Shown one piece after another: positions 27,550 through 36,932 of a DNA stretch of 39,657 nucleotides. The notes below the pieces were generated by a model, which saw only the letters and a program-made list of their open reading frames with translations, had not been told where the DNA came from and made no database searches. Made by a program: the position numbers and the translations under genes. How positions within the stretch are numbered: position 1 is the first letter of the stretch; each line of letters starts with the position of its first letter. The DNA lies in assembly GCA_009699825.1 (NCBI GenBank), contig WLNM01000001.1, forward strand, positions 1 to 39,657, in the 5' to 3' direction. This DNA is from Actinomycetota bacterium (lineage in GTDB: Bacteria; Actinomycetota; Actinomycetes; Nanopelagicales; Nanopelagicaceae).

Positions 27550-28445
27550 GTTTGATGTTATTGGACTCAGCATCTCTTTGGTACCGGGCATTTTACGGGA
27601 TGCCTGATTCTCTTCTGAGCCCTGATGGAACTCCCGTAAATGCCATACGAGGTTATCTAGATATGAGTGCCCGTTTGATAACAACTTATCAACCCAATCG
27701 ATTGGTGGCATGCATTGAAGGAGACTGGCGACCTTCATGGAGAGTCGAATTGTTTCCAGATTACAAGGCTAATCGAATTGATGAAGAAGGTGAAGAAGAA
27801 GAACCTGATTTATTGGCTCCACAGATTCCAATCTTGATGGATATCTTAGACGCATTTGGTATTGCAATAGTTGGCGTTGATGATTACGAAGCAGACGATG
27901 TCATGGCATCTTTTGCCGAAAGGGAATTGGGACCGATCAGAATCGTGACTGGTGATCGTGACATGTTTCAAGTAGTTGATGACAGCAAAGATGTAAAAGT
28001 TGTCTATTTAGCAAAGGGAATTTCTCAACATGATCTAGTAGATCTCGACTGGATACAGAAAAAATATCAGATTCCGGGGGATAGGTATGCCTTATTCGCC
28101 ATGTTTCGAGGCGATCCATCAGATGGTTTGCCGGGTGTTAAAGGAATCGGTGAGAAAGGAGCGGCGTTAATTTGCAATTTTTTTCCTAATGTTGACGAAG
28201 TCATTCTTGCAGCTAAAGGTAACCACCCTGATTTAACACCAAATTTGATTAAAAAGATCCTAGATGGTCAGGATTACCTCGCGATTGCTCCCACTTTAGT
28301 GCAATGCGCTCGAAATGTTTCACTACCGCAGTTAGATCTTGCCTTACCAAAAAAGCCAGAGGATCTTTCAGAGATATATTCTCTTCAAAAACAATATGGC
28401 CTGGGTGCAAGTATTGATCGAATGATTGCAGCACTTAGATGGTGA
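27546..28445 (+). CDS. Stand-alone 5'-3' exonuclease/flap endonuclease
   Basis: LLDSASLWYRAFYG, YKANR, EADDV, TGDRD and GDPSDGLPGVKGIGEK motifs. Confidence 0.92.
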   Translation: MSLMLLDSASLWYRAFYGMPDSLLSPDGTPVNAIRGYLDMSARLITTYQPNRLVACIEGDWRPSWRVELFPDYKANRIDEEGEEEEPDLLAPQIPILMDILDAFGIAIVGVDDYEADDVMASFAERELGPIRIVTGDRDMFQVVDDSKDVKVVYLAKGISQHDLVDLDWIQKKYQIPGDRYALFAMFRGDPSDGLPGVKGIGEKGAALICNFFPNVDEVILAAKGNHPDLTPNLIKKILDGQDYLAIAPTLVQCARNVSLPQLDLALPKKPEDLSEIYSLQKQYGLGASIDRMIAALRW

Positions 28446-29863
28446 GCTTTGTCTTGGCTATTGTCTCTGGAATTGTTCTTTCAGGAAGTTTCGCACCTTT
28501 AAATTGGTGGTTTCTAGCTCCGGTATCTGTAGCAATTTTTCTATACGCTGTTACAAAAACGAGGAATCCATTTCGAGTCGCTTTTCTTTTTGCATTGGTT
28601 TTTAATTTTTTTACTTTGAAATGGACAGGAACGTACGTCGGAATCTTTCCCGTACTTTTCTTGGTTCTCTTACAATCTCTATTCTATATTCCGTTAGGTT
28701 TTGTTTCGTATAAAAGAGAACGCTACTCAAGAGTGTGGCTTATTTTACCCATATGGCTTTTAGCCGATGAAGTTCGATCAATTGTCCCTTTCGGCGGATT
28801 TGGTTGGAATCGATTGGCTTTTAGCCAAGCAGAGGCACCCTACATCGGAATCGCAAGTTTATTGGGGGACACTGGTTTAGGTTTTTTGGCAATTGCAATG
28901 GGAATTGCTCTATACCTCTTATGCGCTCGGGCGCAGTTGTTCTCAGTTGCTTTAATACTTTTTTCAACAACTATGTTTATCGTGATTCAAACACCTGTAA
29001 GCGTTCAGGGGAGCGCTTCGGTTCTAGGAGTACAAGGAAATGTTCCACGATTAGGGTTGGATTTCAATTCCCAAGCGCAGGAAGTTTTCAAATATCATGT
29101 AAGCGAAACAAAGATAGCTTTGAAGCAAATCAGTGAGAAACCAGATGCAATTATCTGGCCTGAAAACTCAGTAGATGTAGATCCTTTCATCAATATACAA
29201 GTCGGACAACAAATTTCGGATTTGGCCAAGAGTAATGCCACTCCAATCATTGTTGGAGCGGTTCTTCAAAGTGATCAAGGACCGAAGAATGCATCAATTC
29301 TGTGGAATGCTCAAGGTGCAATAGATTCGATTTATACAAAAAGAGTTTTAACTCCATTTGGTGAGTACATTCCCATACGTTCTCTAGCCGAAAAGATTTC
29401 CCCCTTAACTAAAGAGGTAGTTGATTTTGTTCCAGGAAAAAAGATTATGGTACACAAACTCGGCAAAATATTGGCCGCACCAGTTATCTGTTATGAGATT
29501 ATTGATGATTCTGCGGTTCAATCAATTCTTCGAGAATCCAATTTCTTGTTGGTTCAAACCAATAATGCAACATTTGCTAGCAGCGCACAAAGCTTTCAGC
29601 AGTTGAATATATCGCGCATACGCGCCGTTGAAAATAATCGATGGGCACTGAGTATTTCTACAACAGGAATTTCTGCAATAATTGATAATTATGGGAATAT
29701 TCAAGATATAACTGGGCAAAACACACCTGCATTTGTTTTTGATGAAATTAAATTGATTTCGGAACGCTCTTTAGCTAATCGATTGGGAAGTTGGAGTTCA
29801 GTGGTGCTGATTTTGTTCTCAACCTTAATATATGCAAGAAAGCGCGTTAAGCATGAAAAATAG
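28439..29863 (+). CDS. lnt: Apolipoprotein N-acyltransferase
   Basis: TM N-terminus, then PFGGFGW, VQGN, WPENS, K..LTPFGEYIP, ICYE and TNNA nitrilase-fold motifs. Confidence 0.92.
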   Translation: MVSFVLAIVSGIVLSGSFAPLNWWFLAPVSVAIFLYAVTKTRNPFRVAFLFALVFNFFTLKWTGTYVGIFPVLFLVLLQSLFYIPLGFVSYKRERYSRVWLILPIWLLADEVRSIVPFGGFGWNRLAFSQAEAPYIGIASLLGDTGLGFLAIAMGIALYLLCARAQLFSVALILFSTTMFIVIQTPVSVQGSASVLGVQGNVPRLGLDFNSQAQEVFKYHVSETKIALKQISEKPDAIIWPENSVDVDPFINIQVGQQISDLAKSNATPIIVGAVLQSDQGPKNASILWNAQGAIDSIYTKRVLTPFGEYIPIRSLAEKISPLTKEVVDFVPGKKIMVHKLGKILAAPVICYEIIDDSAVQSILRESNFLLVQTNNATFASSAQSFQQLNISRIRAVENNRWALSISTTGISAIIDNYGNIQDITGQNTPAFVFDEIKLISERSLANRLGSWSSVVLILFSTLIYARKRVKHEK

Positions 29864-30581
29864 GGTGGTTTTGATGCCTACCTACAACGAAGCTGATTCA
29901 ATTGTAGGAGTTATTACAGAATTGAGTACATTAGATGTCGACATTATTGTTATAGATGATAATTCGCCAGATGGCACATCAGAGATAGTCAAAAAGATGC
30001 GATTCGATAACGTATCCGTCATAGATCATGGGTCAAAAAAAGGTATAGGACCGGCTTACATCAGTGGATTTAAAGTTGCTTTGAATAAAGGTTATTCAAA
30101 GATAGCCACAATGGATGCCGATGGTTCTCATCAGGTTCTCGATCTGCAACGAATGTTTATCGAAAGTGATTCATACGAAGTTGTTATGGGAGCAAGGTGG
30201 ATAGAAGGTGGATCAGTAAGTAATTGGAAAGTGCATAGAATTCTAATTTCGAGATTCGGAACATGGTTTGCTGGTAGGTGTTTAGCCTTGCCATATAAGG
30301 ATTTAACAGGTGGTTTACGAATTTATGACGCTAAAGCTATAAGTCAAATCAACTTAGAAACTATTTCCTCGAATGGGTATTGTTTTCAAATAGAGATGAT
30401 CCGAGTTATTTCAGTTATTAAAGCGTCCATCAAGGAAATTCCGATACATTTCATAGAACGTCGAAATGGTGTATCAAAAATGAGCAAAGTCATCGTGCTG
30501 GAAGCTTTTGCAAGAGTGAGCATCTGGGGTTTACAGCGTATATTTCGGCATAACGCCGATAAGTTACATTATGTAAAGTAA
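29853..30581 (+). CDS. ppm1: Polyprenol-monophosphomannose synthase (GT2)
   Basis: PTYNE, DDNSPDGT, MDADGSH and GYCFQIE motifs. Adjacent to lnt. Confidence 0.88.
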   Translation: MKNRVVLMPTYNEADSIVGVITELSTLDVDIIVIDDNSPDGTSEIVKKMRFDNVSVIDHGSKKGIGPAYISGFKVALNKGYSKIATMDADGSHQVLDLQRMFIESDSYEVVMGARWIEGGSVSNWKVHRILISRFGTWFAGRCLALPYKDLTGGLRIYDAKAISQINLETISSNGYCFQIEMIRVISVIKASIKEIPIHFIERRNGVSKMSKVIVLEAFARVSIWGLQRIFRHNADKLHYVK

Positions 30582-30589
30582 CTTAAAAC

Positions 30590-33487
30590 CTATTGAGCAA
30601 ATTCAGATATCGGCGGGCAGGAACAAATCAGGTTCCTATCTCCAAATGCCCCATCTATTCGACCTGAAGTTGGCCAATATTTACCGCGCATCCCAATTAT
30701 TTCTCCAGGAACGAAACCATCTAGAAGTTCTGGAAATGCAGCGATTTCACGTGGGTATTTGCGATCCCATTGACTTGAAATAACATCGCCAGCGGTGTGA
30801 GGTGCGTGAGCCAATGGTGAATCTTCATGTGAAATAACACCATTTTGTACATCCATAATCTCACCATGAATCGAGATCATGGCGGAGATAAATCTTTCAA
30901 TTTCGGCAATATCTTCACTCTCCGTTGGTTCAACCATCAAGGTACCGGCTACCGGGAAACTCATTGTTGGAGCATGGAAACCATAGTCAATCAATCGTTT
31001 AGCTACATCATCGACTGTAACTCCAGATGATTTAGTAATTTCGCGAAGGTCTAAAATACATTCGTGCGCAACCCTTTTATTCTCACCTGTATACAAAACT
31101 GGATAGAACGGATTTAACTTTAAAGCTATGTAATTAGCTGACAAGATTGCAACCTGTGTTGCGTGGGTTAACCCTTGTCCCCCCATCATTCGAATATATG
31201 CCCAAGAAATAGGCAATATGCTCGCCGAACCATAAGGAGCAGAACTAACTGGTCCCGGTCCGGTAGATGGACCTGCTAATGAATCAAACGGATGATTTGG
31301 TAAAAATGGTGCAAGGTGTGCGCGGGAAATAACTGGACCAACTCCGGGTCCCCCACCACCATGCGGGATACAAAAAGTCTTATGTAAATTTAGATGCGAA
31401 ACATCGGCACCGAATTTACCTGGTTGAGCCAATCCAACTAAAGCATTCAAATTGGCACCATCTACGTACACCTGTCCACCTGCGTTATGTATCAATTCGC
31501 AAATTTCCGAAATTGCACTTTCAAAAACACCGTGAGTTGATGGATATGTAACCATCAAGGCAGCCAATGTCGATTGATGTTCTGATATTTTTGATTTCAA
31601 ATCTTCTAAACTAACATTTCCGTGATCATCACAATCAATAACTACAACTTTCATTCCAGCCATTACCGCGCTGGCCGCGTTTGTTCCATGAGCGCTAGAT
31701 GGAATTAAACAAATAGTTCTATTTTGGTCCCCTCGGCTATCGTGATAATTACGTATAGCTAATAGCCCGGCAAATTCCCCTTGACTACCCGCGTTAGGTT
31801 GTAATGAAACAGCGTCATATCCAGTTATCGCAATCAACCAATCTGAAAGTTCTTGAATCAACTGGCGCGAACCAATGCTTTGATCAACTGGCGCGAAAGG
31901 ATGTAATGAAGAAAATTCTGGCCATGTAACTGATTCCATCTCGGTTGTAGCGTTTAATTTCATTGTGCAAGAACCCAGCGGAATCATTGTTCGATCCAAC
32001 GCTAAATCTCTATCTGATAAAGTTCGAATATATCGAAGCATCGCTGTTTCCGAATGATTTATATTGAAAACAGGATGCTGCAGGAATGAGGAATTTCTTA
32101 TTAAATTATCGCCCATTGTTTTCGCTTCGCTTGTTTTCGTCAAAGTTGCATCGAAGATTTGAGCTAGTTTTTTAAGAGACTCTGAAGTAGTTGTTTCATC
32201 TATCGAAATAGATACATGCTCACCATCAACGTGACGCAAATTTATTCTGTGTTTTTGAGCTTTTTGGTGGATCATTTCTGCGTTAGCAACCTTGATAGTC
32301 AATGTATCAAAATACGTATCATTGATCATTTCGAAGCCAGATAACTTGAGAGCAGCAGCCAGAGTCTGCGCCTGGTTGTTTATGCGTTGCGCTATCAACT
32401 TTAATCCAATAGGACCATGCCACATTGCGTAAAAAGCGCTCATGACAGCTAACAAAACTTGTGCGGTACAAATATTACTCGTGGCTTTATCCCGACGAAT
32501 ATGTTGTTCACGAGTTTGCAATGCCAATCTAAACGCAGGATTACCGTGCACATCGACACTTTGTCCTATTAAGCGTCCAGGCATGGAACGTTCTAAACCA
32601 TTTCTGACTGCCATGAATCCTGCGTGTGGTCCACCAAATCCAAGCGGAACACCGAAACGCTGCGCTGAACCAACTGCAACATCTGCACCCCACTCCCCCG
32701 GAGGTTTAAGCAGAGTTAGTGATAATAAATCGGTTGCAGCTATTAAATATGCATCATTTTTATGCACACTGTCAGAAATTATTGAATAATCTCGAACTGA
32801 ACCTGTTGTGTCTGGGTATTGCACAAGTGCCGCGAAATAAGAGGATGTTGTCGTAATGCCAATAGATGCGTCGAATTCTTCAATAACAATATTCAAAGGT
32901 TTCGCGCGTGTGGAAATAACTGCCTTTGTTTGGGGATGAACATTTTTTTCAATTAAGAAAACAGCTTCGTCGCTTCCTTTAAAAGAACGTCTAGCTAGTG
33001 TCATAGCTTCGGCAGCAGCCGTGCCTTCATCGAGCATGGATGCATTAGCAATGGGTAATCCAGTTAAATCACAGACTGCAGTTTGAAAAGCAAAAAGTGC
33101 TTCGAGTCTTCCTTGGGATATCTCAGGTTGATAAGGAGTGTATGCGGTGTACCAAGCCGGGTTTTGAAGTACATTTCGAAGAACCACTGGCGGAGTGATC
33201 GTCCCGTAATATCCGCAACCAATGAAGGATGTAAACACTTCATTTTTATCCGCCATATCGCGCAACGCTTCAATTGCTTGCACTTCAGTTAATGGATCCG
33301 GAAGAGCATCCGCTAACTTCCTAGCCATCGCAATATTGCTGGGAACCACATCGCGTATGAACGAATCTAAATCTTTATAACCAAGCGTTTTTAAAAGTAG
33401 ATCTTCTTCGGCAGATGTTGGACCTATGTGCCTTCGTTCAAAGGCGGCATATTCTTCATATGAAGAAAAATGCTCTTCGCGTGACAT
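30590..33487 (-). CDS. gcvP: Glycine dehydrogenase (decarboxylating), P protein
   Basis: [36 protein letters not shown] and HLNLHKTF motifs. Confidence 0.97.
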   Translation of the reverse strand: MSREEHFSSYEEYAAFERRHIGPTSAEEDLLLKTLGYKDLDSFIRDVVPSNIAMARKLADALPDPLTEVQAIEALRDMADKNEVFTSFIGCGYYGTITPPVVLRNVLQNPAWYTAYTPYQPEISQGRLEALFAFQTAVCDLTGLPIANASMLDEGTAAAEAMTLARRSFKGSDEAVFLIEKNVHPQTKAVISTRAKPLNIVIEEFDASIGITTTSSYFAALVQYPDTTGSVRDYSIISDSVHKNDAYLIAATDLLSLTLLKPPGEWGADVAVGSAQRFGVPLGFGGPHAGFMAVRNGLERSMPGRLIGQSVDVHGNPAFRLALQTREQHIRRDKATSNICTAQVLLAVMSAFYAMWHGPIGLKLIAQRINNQAQTLAAALKLSGFEMINDTYFDTLTIKVANAEMIHQKAQKHRINLRHVDGEHVSISIDETTTSESLKKLAQIFDATLTKTSEAKTMGDNLIRNSSFLQHPVFNINHSETAMLRYIRTLSDRDLALDRTMIPLGSCTMKLNATTEMESVTWPEFSSLHPFAPVDQSIGSRQLIQELSDWLIAITGYDAVSLQPNAGSQGEFAGLLAIRNYHDSRGDQNRTICLIPSSAHGTNAASAVMAGMKVVVIDCDDHGNVSLEDLKSKISEHQSTLAALMVTYPSTHGVFESAISEICELIHNAGGQVYVDGANLNALVGLAQPGKFGADVSHLNLHKTFCIPHGGGGPGVGPVISRAHLAPFLPNHPFDSLAGPSTGPGPVSSAPYGSASILPISWAYIRMMGGQGLTHATQVAILSANYIALKLNPFYPVLYTGENKRVAHECILDLREITKSSGVTVDDVAKRLIDYGFHAPTMSFPVAGTLMVEPTESEDIAEIERFISAMISIHGEIMDVQNGVISHEDSPLAHAPHTAGDVISSQWDRKYPREIAAFPELLDGFVPGEIIGMRGKYWPTSGRIDGAFGDRNLICSCPPISEFAQ

Positions 33488-33541
33488 TGCACAAACCCCT
33501 AGCTATGAAAGAAAAAACTACTAAGGAAAGAATATGCCTGT

Positions 33542-34048
33542 TTAGGCGCCTTTGCGCTTTCTGCGAAGGGATAATTCATCGTTACTTTCGCCACCTATTG
33601 CTTGACCATCTATTTCTCCAGTAAGAGTTGAGAGCGATCCTTCAACTTCATGCCAAACCTTGCCCACGGCAATTCCGAAGACGCCTTGCCCACCTGCTAG
33701 TAAGTCAATAATTTCATCGGGGCTAGCGCACTCATAGATCGATGCACCGTCACTCATTAACGTAATTCGTTCTAATTCAGTGACGCCGCGGTCACGTAGA
33801 TGATTAACTGCAGTTCGAATATTTTGTAGAGAAACCCCTGCATCAAGTAGTCGTTTTACAATTTTGAGAACGAGAATGTCACGAAATCCATAGAGGCGTG
33901 TGGATCCAGATCCCCCGGCTGGTCTGATACTCGGTTCAACTAATCCAGTGCGCGCCCAATAATCAAGCTGACGGTAACTAATTCCTGCTGCTGAACACGC
34001 AGTTGCACCGCGATAGCCGATTAGTTCGAAATCAGGCGTAGACATCAT
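33542..34048 (-). CDS. MerR-family regulator (Rv1830-like)
   Basis: GYRG..AC.AAGISYRQLDYWART and LLAGGQGVFGIAVG motifs. Confidence 0.9.
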   Translation of the reverse strand: MMSTPDFELIGYRGATACSAAGISYRQLDYWARTGLVEPSIRPAGGSGSTRLYGFRDILVLKIVKRLLDAGVSLQNIRTAVNHLRDRGVTELERITLMSDGASIYECASPDEIIDLLAGGQGVFGIAVGKVWHEVEGSLSTLTGEIDGQAIGGESNDELSLRRKRKGA

Positions 34049-34124
34049 GAGGGGAATCTCAATTCTCTTGGGGAGTGCTTAAGGATAGAGCCACCGCAGC
34101 GTAAAAAGGCGGAACGACACTCCC

Positions 34125-34145
34125 AAAACCTATACCTGAGGTTGA
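34125..34145. promoter_or_regulatory. Imperfect palindrome, putative MerR/FtsR-type operator
   Basis: Minus strand reads TCAACCT-CAGGTAT-AGGTTTT, the same architecture as the site at 35917-35937. Confidence 0.55.
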
Positions 34146-34165
34146 GAGATTCATACTCTATCTGC

Positions 34166-34678
34166 TTACCCAGCGAAATCTTCGGGATTGATCTGATCTA
34201 AAAACTCTCTGAATTTCTCTAATTCAGTGCTCTCCCCTGATGCTGCAGCCGCGTCTTCGGCAACGTCGTCTGGAATTTCTATTCCGACATTGTCGAGTAA
34301 ATCGGAATCCGCCAAAATATTGCTGTGAGTACGAAGGGCTAAGGCAATTGCATCCGATGGCCTAGAGGAAACACTTATAGCTTTTCCTTCTGGATCTCTA
34401 AGAAGCAATGACGCTAAAAAAACACCATCTTCTATCGCGGTAACTTGCACGGCGGTGAGGGTGGCGTCTAAGGATTCAACAATATCTTGCATTAAATCAT
34501 GAGTTAGCGGCCGCGGAGGTATTACACCTTGCTGCGCAAAAGCGATCGCCGTGGCTTCCACAGCACCGACCCAAATCGGTAAGAAACGAACTCCATCAAT
34601 TTCTTTTAAAAGCACTATGGGTTGGTTAGACGGCATCTCAATTCGAACACCAACTACCTGCATAGCAACCATACTCAT
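34166..34678 (-). CDS. Bifunctional nuclease/DUF151 family protein (Rv1829-like)
   Basis: LPIWVG..EA.AIA, RPLTHDL and RPSDAIALA motifs. Confidence 0.9.
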   Translation of the reverse strand: MSMVAMQVVGVRIEMPSNQPIVLLKEIDGVRFLPIWVGAVEATAIAFAQQGVIPPRPLTHDLMQDIVESLDATLTAVQVTAIEDGVFLASLLLRDPEGKAISVSSRPSDAIALALRTHSNILADSDLLDNVGIEIPDDVAEDAAAASGESTELEKFREFLDQINPEDFAG

Positions 34679-34690
34679 ATCAATACTGGT

Positions 34691-35410
34691 CTAGCGCAGG
34701 CGATTTAATCCACCGCGCACCAATGATGCGTGTAAGCGGATTGAAAGTGAGGCAATTTCCTTTTGAACTTCTTGTGCACGTGCCTTTGATTCGGCATTTT
34801 TCTGACGATTAAGTGGGGTAATCACCTGTTCAATCAAACCTATTTCGCGATCAGCTGCAGATTTAAAAGAACGCAAGTGGCGGGGTTCGATTCCAAATGT
34901 ACCCATCTCGGTTACGGCCTTAGCAACAGCAAGAGCATCACCGTCGTAGTGTCGACCGCGGGGTGCAATGAGTCCGAATGATTCTAATTCGACGAGAGCG
35001 TTCTCACTTAACCCACTGGCTGTAAGAAGTTCTTCACGAGAAAGACGCATTTCGCTGGATTCAGCAAAGGCAGATGGCGCCATTTCGCCATCAACAGTGG
35101 CAAGTGATGGTCGAGGGACGGCTATACCACCAGAAGTTGCCGCAGGCTGTAATCCACGATCTAGTGCATCAAGGTTCTCCTTGATAACGCGAAGAGGTAA
35201 ATATTGATCTCGTTGGGCAAGCAATACATACCTTAAACGTTCAAGATCCGAGCCTGTGAATTTTCGATAACCCGATGGAGTTCTTTGTGGATCAATTAGA
35301 CCCTCTGATTCTAGAAATCGTATTTTTGAAATTGTAATATCTGCGAAATCCCCTCTCAATTTCGTGAGAACTTCACCAATGCTTAGATAGGCACGTGCAG
35401 GAACGCTCAT
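34691..35410 (-). CDS. MerR-family regulator (Rv1828/FtsR-like)
   Basis: SIGEVL..L..DF.DITISKIRFLESEGL..P.RTPSGYR motif. Directly downstream of the FHA gene. Confidence 0.9.
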   Translation of the reverse strand: MSVPARAYLSIGEVLTKLRGDFADITISKIRFLESEGLIDPQRTPSGYRKFTGSDLERLRYVLLAQRDQYLPLRVIKENLDALDRGLQPAATSGGIAVPRPSLATVDGEMAPSAFAESSEMRLSREELLTASGLSENALVELESFGLIAPRGRHYDGDALAVAKAVTEMGTFGIEPRHLRSFKSAADREIGLIEQVITPLNRQKNAESKARAQEVQKEIASLSIRLHASLVRGGLNRLR

Positions 35411-35886
35411 TACTTCTCCCCTGAAGATTTAATATGTGAATTACCAAAAAATAGCGCATGAAACTTACCAATTTGTAACTGATCTCCCATATGCAGAACT
35501 TGCTTTGCGATTGAAATTGAATTTACATAAGTTCCATTAAGACTTTGAGAATCAAGAATTGCAAACTCATTGTTTGAACGTTCAATCCGTGCATGTTTGC
35601 GAGAAACGGTCACATCATCAAAGAAAATATCACTCTCGGGGGAACGTCCTATAGAAATTTGATCGCTATCTAATAAGAAACGAGAACCTTCTGCTGGACC
35701 ACGGTGAATGACCAACATAGCTTTTTTCGAGCCTGGTGCACAGACTTCATCGATAATTGACTTGATTGATGCATCGGTTTTTTGTAGAAATATTTCTGCC
35801 TGAGATATCTCACCGGGAACATCAATGCTTCGTAGTCCTAGGCTCAGTGTTGAGGTTAATTCGCGTTCATTTTCAACTGCTGCCAC
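35410..35886 (-). CDS. garA: FHA-domain protein (GarA/OdhI-like)
   Basis: GP..GSRFLLD, IGR.P.SDIF.DDVTVSR.HA and SLNGTYVN motifs. N-terminal LTST segment. Conserved position after gcvH. Confidence 0.8.
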   Translation of the reverse strand: MAAVENERELTSTLSLGLRSIDVPGEISQAEIFLQKTDASIKSIIDEVCAPGSKKAMLVIHRGPAEGSRFLLDSDQISIGRSPESDIFFDDVTVSRKHARIERSNNEFAILDSQSLNGTYVNSISIAKQVLHMGDQLQIGKFHALFFGNSHIKSSGEK

Positions 35887-35916
35887 GAATAACCCCTTCC
35901 CTTGAAATCTTTGGGC

Positions 35917-35937
35917 TCACCTTGAACTTAAGGGTGA
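35917..35937. promoter_or_regulatory. Palindrome, putative MerR/FtsR-type operator abutting the -10 of the FHA-MerR operon
   Basis: TCACCTT-GAACTTA-AGGGTGA, with a minus-strand TAGTGT -10 at 35942-35937. Confidence 0.6.
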
Positions 35938-35962
35938 CACTAGGGGGATGTAACCCTGCGGG

Positions 35963-36343
35963 TCAAGCCGTAATGCCAGCGTAATCAGTGGCTGAAAGTA
36001 GTGTTTCTGGCTCAACTTCAACGGATATTTCGAAGAGCCAACCTTTTCCGTATGGATCGCTATTGATTGATTCAGGGACTGAATTTAAATCAGAATTTAC
36101 GGCTGTTACGTTGCCGGTAACGGGTGAAAATATTTCCGAAACGCTCTTTGTTGATTCTACTTCCCCGCATACTTTGTCCGCAGTTAATGTCTCACCAATT
36201 TTAGGTAATTGGACGTAAACAATATCTCCGAGAGCAGCCTGGGCGTAATCTGTGATTCCGACTCGATAAACCAAAGCAGTTGCCGTTGGAGCCACCCATT
36301 CGTGTTCCTTGGTGTACTTGAGTAAATCGGGAATATTAGACAT
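35963..36343 (-). CDS. gcvH: Glycine cleavage system H protein
   Basis: YTKEHEWV, VGITDYAQ.ALGDIV, EVESTKSVS (lipoyl-Lys) and NSDPYG.GW motifs. Confidence 0.96.
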   Translation of the reverse strand: MSNIPDLLKYTKEHEWVAPTATALVYRVGITDYAQAALGDIVYVQLPKIGETLTADKVCGEVESTKSVSEIFSPVTGNVTAVNSDLNSVPESINSDPYGKGWLFEISVEVEPETLLSATDYAGITA

Positions 36344-36357
36344 TTTTACATCCACTT

Positions 36358-36924
36358 CTAGAAGTTTATGGAACCTACTCTAATCCTTTTAATACCGCTT
36401 TGGAAATAGATCAAACCCGTATAAATATAAAGCACTATCCCCCACGTTGCGAAACTCCAACCTAGGACAAAAGAGACATGACCCATCGTGGATTCATGAG
36501 TCGCCAACAGTAGAAGTGGAAAAGCATATAAAAGATTGAAAGTCGAAGCTTTACCGAGAAAGGAAACTTCCAAAAGTGCGATGTTTCGTAACTTCATGAC
36601 CAGGGTTATAAGAGCGAGTATCGCATCTCTGCCCAGCAGTAGTAGCACAACCCACAAAGGAATTGCATCTCGCAGATACAAGACTATGAGTGTTGCCACA
36701 ATATATATACGATCGGCTGCGGGATCTAGTAGCGCTCCAAAGCTTGAAGTTTGATTCCAGGCTCTCGCGATTTTTCCATCAAAATAATCCGTGGCACCAG
36801 CAACCATTAAGGTTAGAATTGCAAATACATCTTGTTTACTAACTAATGCGAAGAATATAAATACAGGTACACCTAATAATCGTAGGATGCTTAGCGCATT
36901 CGGAACGTTTAGATTTCTATTCAT
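36358..36924 (-). CDS. CDP-alcohol phosphatidyltransferase (PgsA2-like)
   Basis: NVPNALS.LR and TDYFDG.IAR...Q.S.FGALLDP.AD signature. Confidence 0.9.
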   Translation of the reverse strand: MNRNLNVPNALSILRLLGVPVFIFFALVSKQDVFAILTLMVAGATDYFDGKIARAWNQTSSFGALLDPAADRIYIVATLIVLYLRDAIPLWVVLLLLGRDAILALITLVMKLRNIALLEVSFLGKASTFNLLYAFPLLLLATHESTMGHVSFVLGWSFATWGIVLYIYTGLIYFQSGIKRIRVGSINF

Positions 36925-36932
36925 GCGAAATA

